A model generated the notes under the pieces. The model did not search any database. It saw nothing but the letters and a program-made list of their open reading frames with translations, and was not told the DNA's origin. Both the position numbers and the translations under genes were made by a program. DNA of 63,302 bases, filler included, from Klebsormidium nitens (taxonomy: Eukaryota; Plantae; Klebsormidiophyceae), in NCBI GenBank assembly GCA_000708835.1. It is 7 parts of 7 records of this genome, joined end to end, with 100 filler letters (N's around TTAATTAATTAA, not from the genome) between each part and the next. Parts side by side here need not be neighbours in the genome. Positions count along the whole stretch, not along the records: positions 42,361 to 49,624 come from DF237889.1; positions 49,725 to 56,124 come from DF238358.1; positions 56,225 to 59,969 come from DF238549.1; positions 60,070 to 63,302 come from DF238661.1; 3 more parts are not named here. One strand, written 5' to 3'. Of the stretch, positions 48,802-62,230 are shown one piece after another. The stretch's first letter is position 1; the number at the start of each line of letters is the position of its first letter.

Positions 48802-49450
48802 CGCTGCAGAAATTCCAAGCGGCCAAAGACGCAGGAAAGATAAATATATTGTGCTCACTCTACAAATTCAATTATCTGCTTGTTATGAAGATGCTCTCCA
48901 TAGAGGTTATAAAGGAAGGTGGCGACCATTTAGCTCTTTGCGCACAGTATTGGTCGCGACTGCCCTTCAAAGAACGATGATCCCCTCATCGCACGGCTGG
49001 CACTTCATGTTTAGTAATTCACATGCAGATGGACGGTCGAGACGCTGGAGACGGAGGCTCTCCTTGAAAGATTCTGTTGGCAGGCTCGATATCATGCTCT
49101 CATGCATCAATTATCTCGATTATCCTATGGATGTTGCATGCAGCCGGAACATCTCAGCAAAAACACCGCGCGGTGTTCCAAAGTGCTACCCCAGAAAAAG
49201 CCGGGTAGCGAAAGTAAAATTTTTCGGACCGTCGCACGGGACTACTTTTGCCTGCGGAAGGTACCCCCCGAAGTCGCGCCGGGAATTTGGGCAAAACAAC
49301 ACCTTGACTCTTGAGTTCTCGGCGAATTGCGAAAAAGAACACCCGCCCTGTAGTGTGTGTGTAAATTACCCTCTTTACCCTCAGCCTGTCCAGATTCAAA
49401 TGGCACAACACTGGAGCTGGCGCCCATTGTTGATCGCCCAGACGTTTTAG

Positions 49451-49624
49451 ATGGCCCGGATAAAGCACACCGCTGTGAGATTTCCGAAGTTTGGGGCAGC
49501 GGTGTTGGCGGAGGGGGCCGCAGGAGCAGCGGGCAGGACAGTGGCTGCTGAGGGCAGCGGTGCGGGGACTGTGCCTGCAGCGAGCAGCGGTGCGAGGACT
49601 GTGCGTGCAGCGGGCAGGCGGTGC
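49451..49624 (+). CDS. histone H3/CENH3-like N-terminus, truncated by a gap
   Basis: MARIKHTAVR resembles the plant CENH3 start (MARTKH.AVR), followed by an Ala/Gly-rich tail; no histone fold is visible after the gap. Confidence 0.4.
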
Positions 49625-52600
49625 NNNNNNNNNNNNNNNNNNNNNNNNNNNNNNNNNNNNNNNNNNNNTTAATTAATTAANNNNNNNNNNNNNNNNNNNN
49701 NNNNNNNNNNNNNNNNNNNNNNNNGGGATTCCATCAAAGGTGTAACCTTTACACCACCTTCTCTCCGAGAAGTTTATCACCAGGCGCCTTCGCGCCTCTC
49801 CTATGCTCACCAGGAGTAAGAACGTTTCATGCTTGCTTGCCAGGTCTGAGGTGGGTCAGGCATGGCCCAGTCGAGTTTTGAGTCTGAGTATGCATTAAGT
49901 TGAACTATCGACGCTTTTAATCAAACGGTTTACGACTTACGCCCGGTTAAGGTCAATCGGCTTTCTCGAAGGCAAGCCACGGTCTCCCGCAGGGGTACTA
50001 ATCGGTTCACTGCTTAACATCCAGAAAAATCCGTCAGTTCCGTGCGCGAGCAACTTTCGGCCGGCCTATTTCCAGGAGGGTAGTGAAGATAAGTGTACAA
50101 CAATTGGCATCCCTCCCCGTCCCAATAATCGGCAAGGCACTAGCTGGCACCAACTTTGCGTACAATACTTTTTAGTACCCATTTGTCGTATTACTTGTTC
50201 GAAGTTGGTCGGCCGCTCGTTGCCGACTATACGATCGGTTTGCGTACGTCACCGTGGTAAAGTGTTGCAATCCGTTGATGAAGCCACGACACTTCTACAA
50301 GCCCGTTTAGAAGGCGCTTGAGTATCCCCCGGCTCATATTGTGCATGTCAAGATTTGCCCAAGTCGTGTGGAAACTCAAGCCGTACTATCACAGCGAACC
50401 GAACCAAATTAGTGCTATTCGTGCTCCACCGGCTGGGCGTCGTTCAGAGGTCGGTTCAGTTGGGCGTCTGGAGCGACTAGATGCCGGACCCGTCGGCTCA
50501 TCCACCTCCCGGGGTCACATCCTTTCCCGGGCTGTTATAAATCGAGCACACATGTCACGTACGCGGATTTCCCCGGTCAAATTTGCGTGGTACCGGGGCG
50601 CAGGCTGCAAGGTAGTAGTACGGAGGTACTGTTCAATCGACGGTACGCATCGCCGGTACCTATTGGTGACTACATGATGCCTGTACGGTACCTCCGAGGT
50701 CCTAGTACGGATCGAGCACGGAGGCACCGTACTGCCTGCATGTTACAAAAATTGGGTCCAAAGAGAGCGTATGGAGACAGCACACAGGTATGGCTTCCAA
50801 GCAGTGAAATCCTTGCTAAACATTGGCGGAATGGCTACCTTCGCAGCGCCTCTTTCAGGTCATGCGGGTCTCTCAAAAGTTGCAGGTGCCCTATCCAATG
50901 TGTCTTGAATGCAACTATGCTTGCAGTCTGGCCTCCAAAAATCGTTTTGGCATACTTTCAGCTCAACTTTTTTTGGTGGCCTTCCTAAACATTCCCAAGA
51001 CTCCCCCATTTCTCTTAGGAAGTTGCATGGAGCTGGGCCGAGCTGCGACTTATTGCGCGTTGGTACAACAGTACTGATGACAAGCAAAAAAGCTCGGAAA
51101 ACAAGGTCTCACACCCTCTTTACACTGCATATCGTGGCATGCAAAATAGCAAAAGCATTTGGGTCGTAAGGAAGAAATGTGGTGAATATATATTGGAGGA
51201 GCCATGCATCAATGATCAAGTGACCACTGACCAGCTGCAGTGGGTCACTTGAATCGTCACCATGGTCATCGCGACTACCGTGAGCTCACAATGCTCAAGC
51301 TCAAAGCTAGAAATTCAATGAGCTCAAGTGGAGCTTCAGCCTTCGAGTCAAGTTCGTAAATTAGGGTTGCAGCTTTGACAGGGACCGATCGCCGTTGGAT
51401 ATGGCTCACATGTTATGTCGACGGTTGATGTAGATGCCCAAGGGGAATCGATAACATGGGGTCGCGTTGGGTCTCAGTCACTTAAATTGTCGGAACGTGG
51501 TCGGAAGACCGTCGATGCGAATTTTGACGGTCACGGACACATTTTCACAGAGTCGTTGCTCGCATTCAAACTCAACTGGTACCTACATACCAACGGTACC
51601 CGGTAACCCAACGCAATGCAAAATGTGAGTACCCGGTTTTGTACGTGTTAGTCTCAGGTACCAACCAAGGACACGATCTGCAGTAGAATTCAGGTACCGG
51701 CGGCCAATTGGCTACCAGGTACGGTACCTACTACCATACCTACCCACCCGTCAGACCCGCAGGTAGTAGGTACCTGAATAATACTTGTCAGGTACCCAAG
51801 TTGTACCTACCGTACCTATGAGATGTGATTCCACTGATGTACGGTACGCGCATGAACCCGCCTACCGAATTCACCGACCTCGAGCATCGGGAATCACCAG
51901 TGACAATTGGTTGCAAAAGCTCCTATCAAGCTACGCCCGGTAGCCAACTCCGAGTGAAGCCTAAATTCTCCACGGAGATGAGGAATCCCCGAAATATACG
52001 GAATGTGCAAAGAGTTGTACGTAACATCTGACAAGTTGACCATTGGTTGCGCATGGGCACTGTACGGGCACTGTACATGTCCCGATCGACTTCTTGAGAG
52101 GTCGCGTGCTAAAATTTCGTGACTACATGTTCCGTACACGTTGGCACCGAGCACGCACCGCGGACGGTGTACGGTACCACCGCGGTGCCAATGCGGTGGT
52201 AGCGCGCCGTACTCCGACGAACTGCAAGGTCTGGGACTCCCGGTACATGACATGTGCATGAGAATTCAATTTTACTTTATATTTCGATCATCATGCCACG
52301 TGCAGCATAACATATATTTTGTTTCAACCTGTATGATTCCACGAGTTTAAGTCGCCAGTTGAAAGTAACAAATTCACAACAACGGTTTGAAAACCGTTGC
52401 TATACGACGCGTGTGGCAACTCGATGAAACTCTATGAGGGTTTCACCCCAACGGTCGACATACTTCAAGTTATAGAGGGAAGCCTCACATACGCAAACAT
52501 AGAAAATGATTGTAAGTCTAAACCTCGATTTGAAGTTTTCATTGATTATCTACTATTTTATAGCAATTGTTTGTGGTACTTTTTCGGAAATGTGGACAAC

Positions 52601-52721
52601 TGGCGATTTTCCGCTCTCTATTGCAGGCCGTTGAAAAACCTTCCAAAGAAGTGGCCTTTACCGTGGTTGAGAGAGTAGCTACGGCGGTAAGTGGCTCGTC
52701 AATTCGGGTACTAGCTCTCAA

Positions 52722-54810
52722 CAGACTTTAGGGACAAGAGCCTATTTAAGACCCTCGAGATGTTCGGGGGGAGTGGCCGAGAGCTCACGTTCAAGGACAA
52801 GGAAACCTTGTGGGACGAAGGGAGCGGCTCGGTTGAGCTGCGAAGTGCGATACCGACCGGAGACAGTCTGCTCATTCTCGGGACATGATGTATGTCCCAA
52901 AAGTGGTGGCAAACCTAATTTCTCGGGTGAGTAAGGCAGACAAGGTCGTGACGGTGTCGTTCAAGGAGTTGTAAGCTTGCGATTGACAAAGAACTAGTCC
53001 TTGTAGCTCGAAAAGTAAAGGGGATCTACGTGGTCGACCGGGCGGAGACTGAGAAGGGTCTCTTTGTGAGGAACCCGGCGGAGCTCTAGCATGGGACACA
53101 GCGGGTATAAGATTTCGGCGAAGATGGTGCAAGGGAACCTCGCCGAGGGTCTCGAGGTGACACCGGGTGCGCTTAAAGGGCTTAAAGCTCTTATGTGAGC
53201 CCTGCATCATGTGGAAGCAAACGCGACAACCTTTTCCAGACAGCGGAGTCGATGAGCCCAAGTCTTTTGAGCTGGTCCACATGGACATTTGTGGGCCGAC
53301 ACCAGTGCTTTGTGTTGGGGACATCCGGTACTTCGCCACGTTTTTGGACGACTACAGCAAGCTCTCGGTCGTAGTTTTCTCTGAAGCAAAAGAGGGAAGT
53401 GGCCAAGGTGAGTGAGCACGTGATCAACCGATTGGAGTTATCTAGGGAACCAGCTCACTTGTCGATGCGGAAGGATTGGGGAAGTAGTGTTGAAAGCAAG
53501 CGCCTTTCAAGTGCACAACTACTAGGAATGAGTGTGGTTCTTTTGCTACATGAGTCCAAGTCTCATAGTCTAGCTCAAGCCTAGCTACCCTAGGTGTTTC
53601 AATCGACAAATCGACGGTCCCTATTCGACGTTGGCAACAAAAGAACCTATCGAACGGCTTTACCGAAATACACACAAAAGAACCCATGCACAATGGACTC
53701 AATTCTACGGCTTACGTTTCGCACATCCTACGGTGGATATTTAATTATGCAAGCTCACAATCGTACGGCCGATCTTATGCATCAAACCTACGACTCTATG
53801 GACGATATATCATAGGATATTAGGGCGTACTCAAGGCTAGTACCGCCCAAATCTAACAAGTAGTACGTCAGCAAAACCCCCAACGAAGTGTTCGGGGGCA
53901 AGGGGACGGTGCACGAGAACACCGCCTGGTACACGAGCGAGGAGAACGGGTCCGCGGAACGGCTCATTTGACAAATGGAGGAGAAGGTCCAGGCGATGTT
54001 TGCAAACTTGGGCCTGCCCAACAAGTTGTTGTCAAAGCTGGTTGTGACGGCCATCTACACCCTGGAACCGGACCTCTGTGAGCGAGGTCCCGTGTGAGGC
54101 ATTCTTCGGCAAAAAGTCGAAGTGGGTCACATCCGGGTGTTTGGGGCGGGGGCGTTTGTGCAGGGGCCAAAGCAACGGAGAGAAAAACTTGTTGGATCCA
54201 ATAAGGGAGCAAGAAGTATTTTTGGGATACGAGCCGGATTTTAAGGCATACCGGGTGCTCCGGGAGAAGGACGGCAAGCTCATCATCCGCTACGACGTCA
54301 TTTTGGATCGGAGAAAGCGAACGAAGAAGGGGTTGTCGAGCTTAGCTCCGCCTTTACGGAGAATCTCCCCCAGCAGACGAGGGTGGCGATCCGATTGTGG
54401 TCAAAAAGGGGACATTGTCGGATTTGGCGCGTAGGAACCCTCGGACGCGAGTTAGCGCCCCAAATCCAATAATCGGCCAATTTGGGGATCTTAAGCGCCA
54501 AGGCTCAAGCTAAGGCAGAGCCGAAAAAGACATGGGACATGGATCACTTGAGGAGTTCAAATATCGGTTTCCCAAAGGTACCCCGCCCACGATAGATGGG
54601 CACGTGGGGAGTGGTACCGCGCCAACTTGGAAGCAGACGCTAAAATGGGGAAGCATCTCAAAGGGACAGGGGAGCCCTCTAAACCGTAGATTCATCAGGA
54701 AGCCGCAGAGGGAGAACAGAGTGACCATTGGCAAAGTCCATGGACGAGGAGATGCGGTCCTTGTCAAAGAATAGGACGTAGGAGATCTTCGAAAAACGGG
54801 AAAGGCTTAA
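52722..54810 (+). mobile_element. heavily degenerate Ty1/Copia pol fragment (protease to start of RT), interrupted by a solo LTR
   Basis: GDKSLFKTLE; LCEPCIMWKQTRQPFP; FELVHMDICGP; YFATFLDDYSK; ENGSAERL; VFLGYEPDFKAYRVLRE; SMDEEMRSL. Confidence 0.85.
53488..53858. mobile_element. solo LTR (371 bp) with 5-bp TSD AGTAG
   Basis: TGTTGAAA...TCTAACA; AGTAG at 53483-53487 and 53859-53863; shares blocks with 38993-39620 (CGCCTTTCAAGTGCACAA, GGAATGAGTGT, AGGATATTAGGG). Confidence 0.85.
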
Positions 54811-56399
54811 GCCGGACGCGACAACTACGGTGTGGAATTTCGTATCAATTCGCAAGTACTTGTGACCGCGTATAGCCGATATATCCTGTTACCGGACGAG
54901 TATCGGCGGTACCCCGTGAGCATTTTTTGACGTTCGACCGACAAGCGACCGGGAAATTACCATCAATTTTTCAAACATTCAGGTAAAAATGCAAAATTGC
55001 CCAAATTTGCTAGTGAAGTGGGGGTTCATAATGAGCACTTTATAGGACCAAATACAAGTAGAACACTTCCCAACATCTCTCAAAAGATAGCCATTGTCGT
55101 TCCGATGCATTGAATTATCTATATCTAATCGTCAAACAATGCTTTGTAGATGTTCAATAGCTCCCATTTGAGTGCTTGGGAAGCCATGTTTTTGAATGTT
55201 TTTGAGCTCGAGCTCGTAAAGGCCTTGTGTTTGCACCCATGGCATCAATTTGAGTGGCGCATTGAGGTGGCGCATTGAGGTGTCGATAACATTTGGGAGG
55301 CCTTGGACTATAGTGACCGACCGGGCATGGCATTTTTGGATCTTTCCATTCGTGTAAGTAGGTATCTACTAAGGTACCTAAAAAGCTTACCTACACGTAC
55401 CGCCGGTCTCCTCAGCTGGGTAGAGTACCCTGGTACGCACCTATATGTATGCATATATACCAAAAACCTAGGCTTCAATGGTAGCCTCATATTCGCGAGG
55501 TACCTGTGCACGATCTGCAGGCTACGAAAGCCTACGGTATGCGGTAGAGGTCCATCACCAGGTATCTAGGTACCGTACGACGGGTGACACCTATAGTAGG
55601 TGGTACCTGGTATGGTATCCCCGCGTACCTACAGTGTACACTCACGGATCAAAATATAGACTGCGATTGTCGATCGAAGGGAGGTCCAAATATTTGACGA
55701 TCACGGTCTCCAACTATTAAGTACGGCCAATTATAGTTAGACATAGATAAGGTTCGGTAAGACCATGCCCACCATGAAATTATTGTAGCTATCGTAGAGT
55801 GGCCAATTGTACACGATAAACGTTCAGCTTTGATCTAGAAGCGTAGGGGGGCTATCGTACAAAATGCAGAGAGAAGGAGCATTCATCGACGGAATAATGT
55901 GACCCGACTCATTAACAGTCTCCAGCTCTGTGGTAAGTACAGTCCAATGTTCGGTGATCCGACTACAGGTATGTATGTCACTTGACACTTGAACCGCATG
56001 GAATAGCAGATTGCCCCAAATTCGCAAACGGAGCAACCGGGACGGGACGGATGCACAAACAAGTTTCGACTTACTTGTAGTGTACCGAATTCCCGAGGGT
56101 TGGGATTCTAACCGGAGTACCTTTNNNNNNNNNNNNNNNNNNNNNNNNNNNNNNNNNNNNNNNNNNNNTTAATTAATTAANNNNNNNNNNNNNNNNNNNN
56201 NNNNNNNNNNNNNNNNNNNNNNNNAACCAATCGTAATCGTTACATGAGCACTACCAAACGGCATCTTCTTGCGCAACAGCCCTGTGGAGCATTACCTTTA
56301 CTGCAGGCAATCTGCCATGTAGTTTGTGTCTGCGTGCATCCTTCACCAAGCGGCTTCTGCTCACCTGTGTATCTGGCTCCAATGAGTCCCCTTCACGGC

Positions 56400-59106
56400 C
56401 CTCCTCTCTTCTTGTTTTCAGGTGCCCCAGGGGTTTCCCGTAGAGGCGTCAACCGGCTACCTGACTCAAACGCACTGGCCACGGCTGCCCCCTCTGGCGT
56501 CGCCCCCCTGGAACCCCGGTTCTGCCCTCCCTCCAGCAACTTCTGCTGAGCTTCATTCACGCGGGTCAACGGGCCCCGTCTCAGCTTTACCGGCACTGAG
56601 CGCGCCCCCTCAGGTCACCATTTCAGGCGAGAGGCGAAACCAGCCGCAGGTGCTGGTGCAGCCCCCGCCTGCAAGCCGCCCAAGCATAAGAACCCCGCCA
56701 CCGGATACAGCCCCCCCCCGTGAGAGTCGCGTTTCTCCCCCCCCGGTGCTGCCCGGTGCTGCGCCCGGCCCTCCCTCTCGCAGCACCAAGGAGGGCCCCC
56801 CAATGGCCACCTTGGCGGGGGATCGCTCCAGGGTTGAAGCGCGAGCAGAGCCGGAAGCGCCGCTTCAAGCTCGGCGAACGGGGTGTTTGAGATCCCTTAC
56901 ACCCCCGAAACGTTCACGGATCTCCCGCCGAGCGACGAGCAGCTGAAGATTCAGTGGAGGAAGCGTTACCAGTCTCCTCAGCATGACAATGCGCGCTCTG
57001 GAATGGTGAGAAAACGCTCCTTGCCACCTCCTGTTGTGGTCAGCATAATCTGCCTTGAGATTCGTGTTCCTAAGAACGGGGGCAAATGCGAGACTGTTCA
57101 TTCCGTCTGTTTGTCCTTGAGCTTTTGCTGCAGTGCCGAGCGAGCACTCGCATCCTTGATTATTCTGGAGCAAGGCCGCGCAGAAGTTCAAAAAGACACT
57201 CTCCGGTCTAAGCCTCTACTGTACTTTCGTTGCAGAGGTGCATTTTCCTGAGCCTGGTTATGAAGGTGGACATTCTGCCGGACCGGATTCTGCTCAAGAG
57301 AGAGTGGATCGAAAAACCAGAGGATCGCGCGCACATCATGTTCCTGGTGAGCTGCAAATCCTTGCTTGGCTTGAAAGCACGCTTACTGGGTAGGCTTGGG
57401 GCGACTTTGACCAGAGTGTTTTCTGTTGCGTTTGTTCCTCCGGCTGGATAGGATCGATGTCTCGAAGGAAAGCGCTCGATTGAGTTGTGTTCAAGGAGCA
57501 GGTGTTGCGTGACCGCATGTTTCCTGTTTTCGTGAAGTAGTGGTCTTGGCACTGCACTCCTTGGAACGGTCAGGAGCCTGCTGTCACTTGTGTGGCCTAG
57601 CACGTGTGACGCTTAGTGCGGCTTTGCTCTTGCAGGTGGTCTGGGAGCGCCTGCACAGGAATCCAGGTCTTCGGTGGGAGATCAAGAAACTCTTCGTTTT
57701 CCGGACCGGCGAAGGACGGGAACGGGTCATGTCGGCGCTGGTCATCGAACAAATCCAGGCGTTCATCCATGGGTGAGCTGACTTGGAACGAAGCCCCCGA
57801 GCTCCGGCTGCCCTCCAGGAGTGGCTGATAGCAGCTCCCATCCGTTCTGAATCCGCCGCCAGTGCCGTGAACTTCACAGTCCTGACCTCTTTCCTCGGTC
57901 CCCTGATGAGCAAGCGGGCCTGTGAACTTCTGGTTGCCGTCTCCAACATTGAATATTCTCCTGCTCTTTCCACGTGGAGAACGACGCTCTTGGACTTCCT
58001 CCAGCAGATCATGGGGCACCTGGTAAGAGTTCCGCCGCTGCCTCGTTCATGCTTGAGGGGTTGTGCACTGCTTCAGGTGTCATTCCGTCTGAATCAAGAT
58101 TCCCACGTCGCATGCAGCTCTCCATTTGAGGAGCCGTGTGCCTTCTTTGATTGTTTGCCAATGATTGCAGGTGGTGGGCCACGCCCCCGTCACGGCCGTC
58201 GCTTGGGGCCTGCTCTGGCCAAGCGGCGCGTTCCCCAACGAGAGCCTCGTGAGCCTGTTTGCAAAGAGCGCGGGGACATACAACTACGCCTCGGAAGACA
58301 TCCTGATGTTTCGGTGGAGTATTCTTGACGAATCTAGCGAGAAAGGTTGCGGACCTTCACTCCTGGTTTTCTCACTGTGCCATTGAATGAGTTCCCCGTT
58401 TCCTTTGCAGGCGGAGCTCGACTCCTTTGTGATCATGGAGTGCAGACACTTCGTTCTGAGCGTCCACTCGTTGGGCTCGCGCGCTTTCTTCATAATCCTG
58501 AATACCTTACTAGATTACCCCCGCGCCAGCTGTCCCCCGTTCTCAAAAGTGACTGTCGTGATCGCCAACGGGGATCTCTCCTGGTCCAGTCTGCGGCCCG
58601 CCCTCAGCATTGCGATGGACCAGATCAGAGCCGGATTCGTGGCACAAGCGCCGCAAGAGCACCCAGAACTTGATTGGACGGCCCGGCAAGGCTGGGCGCT
58701 GAGAAGCGCAGAGGAATCCTTCGAGGTCGGGATTGTGGCCGCAAACCACGATGCGGCCTTCTGGGCCAAGGAGAAGCTCCTGGACGAGCACCGGTGCATG
58801 ACCGGACAGGTCATGCGGACCGGCCGGAACCTGGAGGACGCCAGAAAAGCTGGAAAACCCGATGCCTATAGCCCTGCTGAGCTCGTGCCAATTCTCCCGG
58901 GGATCACGACCCTAGAGATCACCCCTGCCTTCGCCTTCTCTGACTGGACCATCCATTCCATGTACTACAACAACGCCCACCTTCTGGAAACGGTCGGGTA
59001 CTTCGTCAACGGTCCAAAAGCACAATTCTACGAGCGCACGTACACCGTCAAGGACCGCTATGGGCAAACCTACGAGCAGGCTTTAGTGCGGCGCAGCGTG
59101 TCGTGA
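56400..59106 (+). CDS. multi-exon hypothetical protein with a Pro-rich N-terminus; last exon ~58410-59106
   Basis: Chain of open segments bounded by GT/AG (e.g. donors at ~57007, 57346, 58023; acceptors TTGCAG ~57236, 57636, 58170, 58410); final 230-aa exon ends in TGA. No domain recognised. Confidence 0.6.
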
Positions 59107-60632
59107 AAACGGGGCAAGTTGTGCTTAGGTTTTGTACAAAAAGGACAAGGTCGTCTTTGCAAATGGACGCGGAAGAGAAGCATAAGGGATACAGGCAACC
59201 CACATTCGGTTCGATCTAAACATCGGATCTTGGGCCTGATGTTTTCTTCCTTGGTTTTATGACCTGGATCTTCCAAGAGCTTAAAGAGGCATGTTTGGCA
59301 GGAATTTTACATTGCGCTAGACCGTACTGGCTCTTACTACTGGACACGCATGCTGCTCATGTCCTGCTTTGGGGCAGCCAATGCTGCATTATCTCATGTC
59401 ACCTTCAGTCTCCACTGATGGCGTTTGATTGTGCACATGGCGCATTCATATACGGGGCCTCAGCGATCGCAACACATGTAGGACTCATGCAACTTTCTGA
59501 ATGATGAGCTCAAAGTATTGACTCTCCCAGATAGCCAGAACTTGGACTTCCCATGGGAGAGGATGCAACTTTGCAACGGGTCGTTTGACTGCGTCTAAGT
59601 ACGGAATCACTATGCATCATATATGCTACGCGTTTGGCTGGTCTTTCCCTCCAAGGGGCTCTTTCAGATACTCCCTCCAAGAGGCTCTTCCGGTTGCATG
59701 GATTCCATCGTAAATCAATCTTGACGATCGATAACGGTCCAAGCAATGCGGACGACATCTTGTCAGATTCAAACCGTCATTCAATGGCAGCATGCTCCAA
59801 GCAGACGGTGCTCAGGCCACAGATCACTGTGATCATTGCCAGGGTCCATTGGGACACTGTGAATGAGGTGTTCATGCAATCAAGACCAAGCTTAGCAGAC
59901 TACAACTCAGTGTCGTGAAGGTTAGTGTGACGGTTGGACAGGGTCACACGCTGCCTGTCTACTTCACATNNNNNNNNNNNNNNNNNNNNNNNNNNNNNNN
60001 NNNNNNNNNNNNNTTAATTAATTAANNNNNNNNNNNNNNNNNNNNNNNNNNNNNNNNNNNNNNNNNNNNACCATGTGAATTCATTCTGGCCTCACAGGTG
60101 AAACAACCCAGGAAGCAGAGGGACAGTCTCCAAACAGGCCCCAACACACTGGAGGGCTGGTGTGGATCACTGCTTGTCCATTAAACCAGAGAGCTCCAGC
60201 ACTCTGCCAGATTGCAGCATGCACGAATACTTTTGCATAGGTTGATTGTCAGATGAATGTTCTTATGAAGCACAAAAACCCTCTGACTGGGGTGGTGCAA
60301 ACCACGGCGTCTACCCCGAACCAGAAAGCTCCAGCCCTGTGCTCAATTGCAGGCATGCACGAAAGCTTATTGCACAGGTCAGTGAGAATCTCGATGAATG
60401 CTGCTCTGTTTCTTTGAGCAGACTTGTGCTACCTTTCAACTCTCACAATTTTAGCACGCGGCACACACAAAGGTGCTGGCTGGAGCTGCTCCTTTCTGAC
60501 CCACACTGATGGGAACAAACCCTCACGAAGGTGCTCCGAGCCGATGCACTCACCTGCCTGCGACTTTGTACAATGTTTCAAGGCCTGTGCACAAGACAGT
60601 CAACATGCTTGAGAAGAAAAGAGACGCACCTG

Positions 60633-60864
60633 CAAATTGCAGCCGGGCCTTCTCCTCCCGCAGCTGCTCCTCTTTCTTGCGCAGCTGCTCCTCTTTCTTG
60701 CGCAGCTGCTGTAGCTCTGTGAACCACCGTTGCACAGCCTCCGTATTGCCAGCGTTCTCTGCAGCCTCGGCCTTTCCCTCTGCTTTCTCGATCTTAGGCT
60801 CAAGAGCTTCAATGGCTGCATTCACCCTGGCGATTTCCGACTCAACAGCCTCCACAGTACCCAT
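60633..60864 (-). CDS. first exon of a coiled-coil protein with a 7-aa repeat (QLRKKEE)
   Basis: MGTVEAVESEIARVNAAIEALEPKIEKAEGKAEAA...LQQLRKKEEQLRKKEEQLREEKARLQFA|GTGCG; a 21-bp tandem duplication underlies the repeat. Confidence 0.6.
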
Positions 60865-61838
60865 GTTAGGGGTCTCTGAACTCCAGTAGGCTTCTTGAGC
60901 GAGGTAGCGTCAGAGAAGGGACATTCGGCGAAGAGATAGGAAAGTGCTGTTCTCCAGCCCTGTCAAGATAGATGATGCGCGACAGAAACTCGCAGACGCA
61001 GAGATTGCTTGCGCCTGAGAATGTCATCGAATGTCGGAGGACTCGTAGACAATACAGGAGCTAGGATTCTGACCCGCACTTNNNNNNNNNNNNNNNNNNN
61101 NNNNNNNNNNNNNNNNNNNNNNNNNNNNNNNNNNNNNNNNNNNNNNNNNNNNNNNNNNNNNNNNNNNNNNNNNNNNNNNNNNNNNNNNNNNNNNNNNNNN
61201 NNNNNNNNNNNNNNNNNNNNNNNNNNNNNNNNNNNNNNNNNNNNNNNNNNNNNNNNNNNNNNNNNNNNNNNNNNNNNNNNNNNNNNNNNNNNNNNNNNNN
61301 NNNNNNNNNNNNNNNNNNNNNNNNNNNNNNNNNNNNNNNNNNNNNNNNNNNNNNNNNNNNNNNNNNNNNNNNNNNNNNNNNNNNNNNNNNNNNNNNNNNN
61401 NNNNNNNNNNNNNNNNNNNNNNNNNNNNNNNNNNNNNNNNNNNNNNNNNNNNNNNNNNNNNNNNNNNNNNNNNNNNNNNNNNNNNNNNNNNNNNNNNNNN
61501 NNNNNNNNNNNNNNNNNNNNNNNNNNNNNNNNNNNNNNNNNNNNNNNNNNNNNNNNNNNNNNNNNNNNNNNNNNNNNNNNNNNNNNNNNNNNNNNNNNNN
61601 NNNNNNNNNNNNNNNNNNNNNNNNNNNNNNNNNNNNNNNNNNNNNNNNNNNNNNNNNNNNNNNNNNNNNNNNNNNNNNNNNNNNNNNNNNNNNNNNNTGC
61701 CTCCGCCTTCAGGCTAACACCGTGATTCAGGAGAAGGGCGACAGGAGGACTCGGGCTCAATCTGACCCATATCATGTAGAATGCTCGAATATAACAATTG
61801 TTACAATGATTACTATATTATTATTGTATGAACGGTGC

Positions 61839-62060
61839 GAGTCGACAGGAGGACAGGAGATCCTTCTGTCCGGGTCCCGGCTTATCCTTACACATACCAC
61901 CCAATATATGTGAACTTAGTAATTGCTTGCGTGAGTCGACGGCAGACGGGAGCCTTGTGTCCCGGTCCCGGCTTATCCTTACCTATACCACCCAATATTT
62001 GTAAAACCTTGTTATTCATTGCATGAGTCGACAGAGGGACAGAAGGAACGGGTTGGACAG
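61839..62060 (+). repeat. tandem repeat of ~93 bp (2 full units and 1 partial)
   Basis: Units start GAGTCGAC at 61839, 61933 and 62025; shared GGTCCCGGCTTATCCTTAC..ATACCACCCAATAT. Confidence 0.85.
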
Positions 62061-62150
62061 GAGATTGTCATGTCCATATCACGCCATATACTTACACTCA
62101 CCATCTAAAATGTTCATTTGTTTCTGCTATAATCTCTTCCCTGGTGATCC

Positions 62151-62230
62151 GTGCAGACTGGTGCAGACTGGTGCAGACTGGTGCAGACTGGTGCACGTGG
62201 CACCGCTATGCACCGCACCGCACCGCACAG
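62151..62230 (+). repeat. microsatellites (GTGCAGACTG)x4 and (CACCG)n
   Basis: Direct reading. Confidence 0.9.

Noticed and set aside
52358-52721. Additional LTR ending CTCTCAACA
   Set aside because: A plausible 3' end, but no TG start or TSD could be identified.
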